Part shown: piece after piece, positions 50,903-57,352 of the stretch
Numbering within the stretch: the first letter of the stretch is position 1
Layout of the letters: each line of letters starts with the position of its first letter
NCBI GenBank assembly: GCA_001770205.1
Contig: MEQL01000031.1
Span: forward strand, 62,001-119,352
DNA length: 57,352 bases
From: Bdellovibrionales bacterium RIFOXYD12_FULL_39_22
GTDB taxonomy: Bacteria; Bdellovibrionota; Bacteriovoracia; Bacteriovoracales; Bacteriovoracaceae
Reading direction: 5' to 3'
Notes under the pieces: model-generated
What the model saw: the letters and a program-made list of their open reading frames with translations, nothing else
What the model was told of the DNA's origin: nothing
Databases searched by the model: none
Translations under genes and position numbers: made by a program

Positions 50903-52444
50903 ATGGGGCAAACGTTCTTTAAATATCTTCTCTATTTTATAAATGCTATTTTATACTTACTGATTATCCCTCTGTGGATCTCCATTCCAGAGGAGCTGAC
51001 GCTAAATATTAGTATTTCTGCTGTTACCATATTGTTATCGGTGGTAATAATCTTTATGAATAGACAGAAATATGAAAAATATTATCGCAGTAATCACTTC
51101 AAGGCATTACTTTCCTCGGTGCTATCAATTTTTTTAGTATTTTTTATTTTAGGACTGATCAACTATTTGGCCTTCAAGCATCCACTCTATTGGGATTTTA
51201 CTAAAAACCAAGTTAACTCTCTCTCTAAGCAAAGCGAGAATGTATTATCACAAATTGATGGAGAGGTGATATTTAATGTTTTTGCTACGCGCGCAAACGC
51301 AAAACCGTTGTTGGATTTTGTTGAACTCTATCGTTCTAAAAATAGTAAGATTAAAGGTAATTATGTAGACATTGAACTTCGTCCAGAAGTGGTGGCCCAG
51401 TATAATATCACTACTCCCAATTCCGTGGTGTTAGAGTATCAAGAAAAAAGGATAACGGTACAATCAATAGACGAAGGGGCCATTACCAATGCTCTGATTA
51501 GATTAACGCGCAGTAAGGATCCTCTGATTTGTTATAGCGTTGGCCATGAAGAAGGCAATTTAAAAGATGATATCGGAGGTGGACTTTCCATGCTGGCGCA
51601 GGCCTTGGCAGATAACTATTATAAAGTTAATGAAATCAACTTGGCCACAGCGGAAGTTATTCCTTCCGAGGTAGATATCTTGATGCTATGGGGATCGCAT
51701 TCTGGATTTTTGAATAATGAAATATCCATGATCGATCAATATCTCAAGCGTGGAGGTAAGTTGCTGGTGGCCATTGATCCTAACCCGAATCAGGATGGCG
51801 CAGGCCCTTTGCGTGAACTTTTAGTGCAGTGGGGAATTAATGTTAGTAATGATTTGGTTGTGGATAAAATTGAACACATTAGCGGTTCTAATGGAACGGT
51901 TCCTTTAATTAAAAATTTTTCTAAAGAACATAAGATTACTAAAAATTTTGAGGGACAGGTTTTTTTTCCGTTAGTCTCCTCAGTGGCGGCAATTACCACG
52001 ATTAAGGCCGGTAGTTTTGAATCATTTGCTTTTAGTTCGGAATATCCTGCGAGTTGGGGAGACACGAATTTAAATGAACTATTTGAAGGAAAAATTGCTT
52101 TCAACGAAGGTGTAGATAAAAAGGGACCTATTTCTGTCGCGGCCAGCTGGGAAGAAGCGACTAACTCTGATAAGAAGGCGCGCATTGTGGCCTTTGGAAA
52201 TTCGACCTTCGTCATTAATAGCTATAGTAAGTTTTCTGGCAATTTTCAGATTTTACTTAATGCCCTATCATGGTTGGTGGATGAAGGAGAGGTATATAGT
52301 TCAGTAATTAGTGGAGAAAATTCCAATAAAGTTATTATTGGTAATTCGGCGATGGGAATAATTTTTTATGTTTCGGTTCTTTTGTCGCCGATAGTCTGTT
52401 TTGGTCTCGCTTTTATTATATATACCCGGCGTCGTAAATTATAA
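50903..52444 (+). CDS. GldG-family ABC auxiliary protein
   Basis: WDFTKNQVNSLS, GHEE, YLKRGGKL, NALSWL, C-terminal TM. Confidence 0.88.
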   Translation: MGQTFFKYLLYFINAILYLLIIPLWISIPEELTLNISISAVTILLSVVIIFMNRQKYEKYYRSNHFKALLSSVLSIFLVFFILGLINYLAFKHPLYWDFTKNQVNSLSKQSENVLSQIDGEVIFNVFATRANAKPLLDFVELYRSKNSKIKGNYVDIELRPEVVAQYNITTPNSVVLEYQEKRITVQSIDEGAITNALIRLTRSKDPLICYSVGHEEGNLKDDIGGGLSMLAQALADNYYKVNEINLATAEVIPSEVDILMLWGSHSGFLNNEISMIDQYLKRGGKLLVAIDPNPNQDGAGPLRELLVQWGINVSNDLVVDKIEHISGSNGTVPLIKNFSKEHKITKNFEGQVFFPLVSSVAAITTIKAGSFESFAFSSEYPASWGDTNLNELFEGKIAFNEGVDKKGPISVAASWEEATNSDKKARIVAFGNSTFVINSYSKFSGNFQILLNALSWLVDEGEVYSSVISGENSNKVIIGNSAMGIIFYVSVLLSPIVCFGLAFIIYTRRRKL

Positions 52445-52460
52445 GAGTAGTTGGAGAAGA

Positions 52461-53867
52461 ATGAAGAATTTTTTACTTTTTTTATTGCTGGTTGTTCTTT
52501 TGGTATTTGTCTATTTCTTCGAAGAATTAGGGTCTGTTTCTCGGCGTGAAAAAAAGGAACAAAGTCATAAAATATTTGATGAAAGAGTACTAGGTGAACT
52601 TAAAGGTTTTAAAACTGCGCGGGCCGAAATTATAAAGGGTGTTGGCAGCGGTAGTTTTTATACTTCAGAGCGACATGTTTTAGTTGATGAGTCAAAATTA
52701 AGCGAAGTTTTTGATATTTTGTCTAACATAAAAGTTAAGCGTTATTTTACGGAGAGAGAGATTAAAGATAAGTCTCGGTTGGATTATTTCCCGGAAGATA
52801 ATAATGAAATATTATTTTATTTTGAATCAGGAGAAGTTGCGTTTGTGTTAGGGAAGAAGTTGGATTTTGATCAGACGTTTTATATGGAAATTCAAAGCAG
52901 GGATCGCAGGCAGTGGGCCGTGGCCTATGATTCTTCAGAAAATAGTGGCCCTTACAATGCGGAAGAAGAAAGTAATAATCCTGGACGTTACAATAGAATT
53001 AAGCATGTTTTAAATTTAGATGAAGGTTTTTTTTATGATACTCATATTTTTAGATCAAAGCTTGGAAAAAAGATTGCAGATGTTTGGAGTGAAGTGAAGC
53101 TATCTTTGATTGATGGAAAATCATTTTCAATTAATTTTAATAATCGTACTACCAATCCACCTGTGTATGCCGGAATAGGATATTTAGGGCCATATTTTAC
53201 TGAATTATCACAAAAGTTTTTGGCCCTAAAAGGAACCTCGATGGTTTTAGATTTTCAACCAGTAGAGCTGGCCGAAGAGCTGGCCTCGCTGCAATTTAAA
53301 GATCTTAAAGGCGTGGAAGAAGAATTAAAGCTATATACTCGTTACATGAAACGAAGTGGACTCTTTGTGCGGGCCATGTTCTCTAATAATTTATATGAAG
53401 TTGATCGCCCGGTGGCCGACCTATTTTTGATAAAAGTTCAAGATCTCTGGGATAAAAGACTTTTTTCGCTTAATTCAGATATTGGTAAGCAAAATATTTT
53501 TTTCGAAATAAATTTTGAAGATCATGCTCCGGCGCAATTAAAAATTCCATTTAGCGAGACACTAACTGTTAATAGAATTGATCCAGGGCCACCGCCCAAA
53601 GTAGAGAATTTCAAAAAACTTTTTAGGTTTTTGACTCTTTCTATGGCCGATAGTGTAACTTTTTTTGACAAGACAGCGGACACAACTACTGCCGAGGCCA
53701 TGTTGGAGAAGACGCAGTTTAAAATGAAATTCGAAGATTTTGATGTCGCTCTTATTTTTGACAAAGGTGAAATTATAATTATTAATGAGAAATATAATAT
53801 TCAATTACATTACATTGTAGGAGAGCGTGATATTATCAAGTTTGCGTACGATGATTATTTCTTTTAA
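52461..53867 (+). CDS. Membrane-anchored periplasmic protein (DUF4340-like)
   Basis: N-terminal TM; occupies the usual fourth position after a gldAFG-like cluster. Confidence 0.6.
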   Translation: MKNFLLFLLLVVLLVFVYFFEELGSVSRREKKEQSHKIFDERVLGELKGFKTARAEIIKGVGSGSFYTSERHVLVDESKLSEVFDILSNIKVKRYFTEREIKDKSRLDYFPEDNNEILFYFESGEVAFVLGKKLDFDQTFYMEIQSRDRRQWAVAYDSSENSGPYNAEEESNNPGRYNRIKHVLNLDEGFFYDTHIFRSKLGKKIADVWSEVKLSLIDGKSFSINFNNRTTNPPVYAGIGYLGPYFTELSQKFLALKGTSMVLDFQPVELAEELASLQFKDLKGVEEELKLYTRYMKRSGLFVRAMFSNNLYEVDRPVADLFLIKVQDLWDKRLFSLNSDIGKQNIFFEINFEDHAPAQLKIPFSETLTVNRIDPGPPPKVENFKKLFRFLTLSMADSVTFFDKTADTTTAEAMLEKTQFKMKFEDFDVALIFDKGEIIIINEKYNIQLHYIVGERDIIKFAYDDYFF

Positions 53868-53896
53868 AGTGAATGTTGATTGATCGGAGAGAAAAT

Positions 53897-54583
53897 ATGC
53901 TCGCAGTAATAATAAATTTTTTAAATTTTGCCTTACACCCGTTTAAAGTGCATGGACTGTTATCCTCGGCCAGAACATTTGCTGCGAGAGAGGAGCGGAC
54001 AATAGAGGAAAATAATGAATCGATAGTATTGCCGATAAGTTTTTTTGAAATCGTTTCAATATCATGGTTATTTAAAGTAATCGAGACCCTCTATGTCGTG
54101 GTCTTTATAAAATTTGGATTTTTCGCCTTTGAGTCTATTGGCGAACAAAGTGGATTAGTTAGAGATATTTTTCGTAAAGAGTTTGAGTCCTTTCATTTTA
54201 TAATTATTTTTTGGGCACTAACAAAGGTAGTTTTGTATCCGGTTTTTGCCTACCTCTACGCAAAAATATGGGGAGTAATAATTAAATTTTGCATGGATAT
54301 CTTTGGGATTAGTATGAGTGCAGAGGCAAAGCAGTTGGCGGTACAAGAGGTCGTCGGTTATAGTTTTGTCTCTAATCTTTTTTTAATTTTCCCCGTTTTT
54401 GGAGATTTAATTAAAACGGTATCTTCTTTTTTCTATCTATTTTCGGGACTTAAAAGCAATCTGAAGATGAGCAATACTCAGAGCGTGTTGGTGCTTCTGG
54501 CACCATTCATTTTTATTTCCACCTTGTCTCTTTTTTTTATTATGTGGTTGGCATTAGTTATTACCTCAATAACTGGCCTATAA
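53897..54583 (+). CDS. Hypothetical polytopic membrane protein
   Basis: About five hydrophobic segments; RBS GGAG. Confidence 0.75.
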   Translation: MLAVIINFLNFALHPFKVHGLLSSARTFAAREERTIEENNESIVLPISFFEIVSISWLFKVIETLYVVVFIKFGFFAFESIGEQSGLVRDIFRKEFESFHFIIIFWALTKVVLYPVFAYLYAKIWGVIIKFCMDIFGISMSAEAKQLAVQEVVGYSFVSNLFLIFPVFGDLIKTVSSFFYLFSGLKSNLKMSNTQSVLVLLAPFIFISTLSLFFIMWLALVITSITGL

Positions 54584-54834
54584 ACTTCTTCCCTGTCCGC
54601 ACACAGTGGTACGATATTGTCTATTTGCAAAGTAGCGCCGTTACTTGATGCAGATAGTTTATCTTCGATGGGTTGATGTTCAAGATTAATAAGCGATATC
54701 GGTATGTTTCAGGTATTTGCTAAGTGGATGAGATTCTAAAATGTTATGTCTGTACAACTTTTGTACAGGGTATGTAATTGTAGACATAAAATTTTTTTCC
54801 ACAAATCGGTTTCGATTTGCATGCTACACTCACT

Positions 54835-54869
54835 AATGTAAGCGATTTATGAGTGTGTTTTGAATAATA
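54835..54869 (+). repeat. Intergenic repeat B, copy 1
   Basis: 28 of 35 nt identical to 56342..56376. Confidence 0.55.
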
Positions 54870-54907
54870 ATTGTTCGGTTTTAATACAATATCGAACAGG
54901 AGGCTCT

Positions 54908-55513
54908 ATGAACATATTTTCTTTCTTTCTGGTAATCCTCTTGTCTACGTCAGCAGTCTTTGCCAGTGTTGAAGATTGTGGAAAACAAAAACAATATAAA
55001 CAAGACTTGCTAGATGATATAAAAATTATCAAACAAACATTGACCGAAAAAAATGAACTGTTATCCGTGATGCAAAAAGATTTAAGTTCTAGTTCTCAAG
55101 ACACAAGAGAAAGGCAGATTACGGAAATTAGAATCGAGGATACTCAAAAAGAGATCACCCATATAGAAAATATTACGTTAAAGGTTAAGGAATCTTTTCT
55201 GAGAACGACAGAGGCAATGATTCGAGTAAAGTGCGGAGAAAACGCTACTGAAAACAATAATAGGAATTATTCGGAAATGCTTGCTTGTTTGGATAAAAAA
55301 TTATTTTCAAATAATGATTATGATGGCGAGTTTTGGATTAGTTCCGCAACATTTTCTAACATAGTCGAAAATTGCATGGGTATCGAGTATGGAAAAGTGT
55401 TGGATGCAAGTTTTGACTCGCATTTTGAAATTAATTGCTTACAGGGAGTCATGAGTGGTACAGAGATACTCCCAGCAGATTTTTCCAGTAAAGTACTTCA
55501 GCAGTGCTGGTAA
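54908..55513 (+). CDS. Secreted coiled-coil, Cys-containing hypothetical protein
   Basis: RBS AGGAGG; signal peptide ending AVFA. Confidence 0.8.
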   Translation: MNIFSFFLVILLSTSAVFASVEDCGKQKQYKQDLLDDIKIIKQTLTEKNELLSVMQKDLSSSSQDTRERQITEIRIEDTQKEITHIENITLKVKESFLRTTEAMIRVKCGENATENNNRNYSEMLACLDKKLFSNNDYDGEFWISSATFSNIVENCMGIEYGKVLDASFDSHFEINCLQGVMSGTEILPADFSSKVLQQCW

Positions 55514-55560
55514 ATTAGTCTATCGTTTCTCTAGTTGTAAGTGGCTGGTAACCGCAATCA

Positions 55561-55641
55561 CTGGCCGATAGTGTGCAATGCTCAGAAAGGCGAGCTTTTC
55601 TGAGCAAGAACATAAAAGTTGAGAAATAACAGGCATGGCCC
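55561..55641 (+). repeat. Intergenic repeat A, copy 1 (contains a 12-bp hairpin)
   Basis: Aligns to 56221..56303; TGCTCAGAAAGG-CGAG-CTTTTCTGAGCA. Confidence 0.85.
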
Positions 55642-55799
55642 AGATTTTTAATATTAAGTTTATACTCAAACTTTAACCGAGAAGATTTTACAAATTCAGA
55701 ACTAATATAATGGATAATTTTTTTAGATCTGTTATAAAGGTAAAAATATTATTAACAATCGATGATTTAAAATCATTAAGTTGAACAAGGAGTAATAAA

Positions 55800-56192
55800 A
55801 TGAAAAAACTTTTAATTGGTACATTACTGTTAACTTCTATATCCGCTTTTGCAGCAACAACCGATCAGCCCAATACTTACCTAATGAATGAAGCGAAGGG
55901 GGCTGTGGCATTAGCTTTCTCAGATGCCACGGCAACAAAAGGATGTTCTTTACAGCTATCCTCCGAAGATGCCGCAGCCAACATTGCCCAGTTAGTAGAA
56001 TTTACGATGTATGACGGAACGAAAGCAACTTTAGCCTATTACAAAACTGTTTCAGCTGCGGGCCTTAGCCAAACTGCCAATATGCGCATCTATCCAGGAG
56101 AATCTGTCGAAGAAGTTGGTAAAAAATTGGAAGAAGTCACCAAAGACGTTGGAGCGATAGAACTAATTTTGAATAGCTGTTACAAACTCTAG
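55800..56192 (+). CDS. Secreted hypothetical protein
   Basis: RBS AAGGAG; signal MKKLLIGTLLLTSISAFA. Confidence 0.85.
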   Translation: MKKLLIGTLLLTSISAFAATTDQPNTYLMNEAKGAVALAFSDATATKGCSLQLSSEDAAANIAQLVEFTMYDGTKATLAYYKTVSAAGLSQTANMRIYPGESVEEVGKKLEEVTKDVGAIELILNSCYKL

Positions 56193-56220
56193 ATTAATGA
56201 GTGAACCGTGAATGGAAACT

Positions 56221-56303
56221 TTGGCAGATAATAGGTGTTGCGCAGAAAGACGAGCTTTTCTGAGCAAGATCACGAAAGTTGTGCGAAATAACGGACATGG
56301 CTC
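56221..56303 (+). repeat. Intergenic repeat A, copy 2
   Basis: Shares CAGAAAGRCGAGCTTTTCTGAGCAAGA and GAAATAAC..CATGGC with copy 1. Confidence 0.85.
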
Positions 56304-56341
56304 GAATGAGCGACTGTCCGATTCTCGTCGAAATTTTGAAC

Positions 56342-56376
56342 AATGTAAATAATTTATGAGCGTGTTCTGGATATTA
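56342..56376 (+). repeat. Intergenic repeat B, copy 2
   Basis: AATGTAAnnnATTTATGAGYGTGTTYTGRATAWTA shared with 54835..54869. Confidence 0.55.
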
Positions 56377-56559
56377 TTAGAATTGTAATCACAAATTGCA
56401 ATTCTCTAAACGTTAATCATAACTTCTTTCAAACATGGCAAAGTAAAGTTGTCAGAATTAGGATTTTTTTTCCTCTGCAAATTTAAATTCTAACTGCATG
56501 ATACAATAACTAAGTATTTATATCTTGTTAGTCTGCTTAGAAGTATGGAGTGAATTTTA

Positions 56560-57264
56560 ATGAAAGTTTGTATTATCACTTTAATGTTAATAAATATTTT
56601 GGTCAGTAAAGATGCTCATGGAGAGATTTCAAAAGAAGAATACTCTTGGTTGAAGGCTAATCTTCCCAGTGTATTTGAACCAGCTGCATATCAATCCAGA
56701 GTTGCCGAAGCTTATTCGGAGAATTTAAAAAACGGAGACATAAACAGTTCCCCGGACTGCTTTCTTGCTAAGGAAAAAGTAATCAATCCAGATATAGCAA
56801 AAAAAATTGTCGCGGGATTTAAGTACTTGGCCCAAAATAATTTTATCCTTGGCCCTTTTGATGTCGGAACAAATCAACCTTCTGGTCAAATTATCACGTG
56901 GGAGAATGAAGAATATAAAATTATAAAAAAACTTTCGATTCCACTTAAAAACGTAGGACTTGAAAGTAATCTATCAACAAAGATGTGCTATTTATCGGAA
57001 ACAGATAAAGAGGAGGCAAAAAAAGCTTCTCGCAATGATCCTCCAGAGCAACGACAGATGATAAAATGTAATAATAGTATCGCTTGCAATTTTTTAAATT
57101 TATTATCATATATGGGAAAATTAGAAAAAGAGGGAATTGTCATATACAACGATAAATCTAACTCCTATTTACAGCCTAATGCTGTTATTAAGGATATTGA
57201 ATCGGAGGTGAATAATGCTACTTTACCTCCTGAAAAGAACTGTCCTGAAGATTGTAACCACTAG
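56560..57264 (+). CDS. Secreted hypothetical protein
   Basis: RBS GGAG; signal-peptide-like N-terminus; several Cys. Confidence 0.8.
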   Translation: MKVCIITLMLINILVSKDAHGEISKEEYSWLKANLPSVFEPAAYQSRVAEAYSENLKNGDINSSPDCFLAKEKVINPDIAKKIVAGFKYLAQNNFILGPFDVGTNQPSGQIITWENEEYKIIKKLSIPLKNVGLESNLSTKMCYLSETDKEEAKKASRNDPPEQRQMIKCNNSIACNFLNLLSYMGKLEKEGIVIYNDKSNSYLQPNAVIKDIESEVNNATLPPEKNCPEDCNH

Positions 57265-57352
57265 TACTGCGACAATTTAATTTTTGCCGGTTTTTACCCT
57301 ACTTTTTTTGGGCTTAATTCGTTTTAATACAAGAATATTTCGATCTTCAATA

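Noticed and set aside
49201..53867. Gld-like ABC cluster as a novel gliding system
   Set aside because: Widespread, known gene arrangement; nothing unusual visible
55561..56303. Repeat A as CRISPR, attC or c-di-GMP riboswitch
   Set aside because: Only two copies 660 nt apart; no RYYYAAC/GTTRRRY pair bracketing the hairpin; no GEMM core

Overview
AT-rich bacterial chromosome segment. The gene content (two MotAB pairs, an AgmX/PglI-type TonB-C lipoprotein, a Gld-like ABC cluster, REC/HD-GYP proteins, many secreted orphans with RxPAS/RxIAS motifs) suggests a predatory Bdellovibrionota, probably Bacteriovoracia-like; this is inferred, not searched. In order, the window holds the 3' part of a large NHL-repeat surface protein, a motA-motB operon ending in an apparent FliF(RBM3)-TM-FliG fusion, a signalling cluster, a second canonical motAB, housekeeping genes, an orphan higA with a higB relic, a very divergent enolase, a full chemosensory operon, a 1261-aa secreted PNP-like/zincin-like/ADP-ribosyltransferase-like protein, tandem lipoprotein paralogs, a Gld-type ABC system, and a terminal run of secreted orphans separated by shared repeats. 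The best candidates for undescribed biology are (1) the three-gene stator plus fused-rotor module, (2) the multi-domain ART effector, (3) a ~70-nt CsrA-sponge-like sRNA with matching GGA hairpins in nearby leaders, and (4) the divergent enolase. No rRNA, tRNA, CRISPR array or transposase was recognised. All calls are by eye from motifs.
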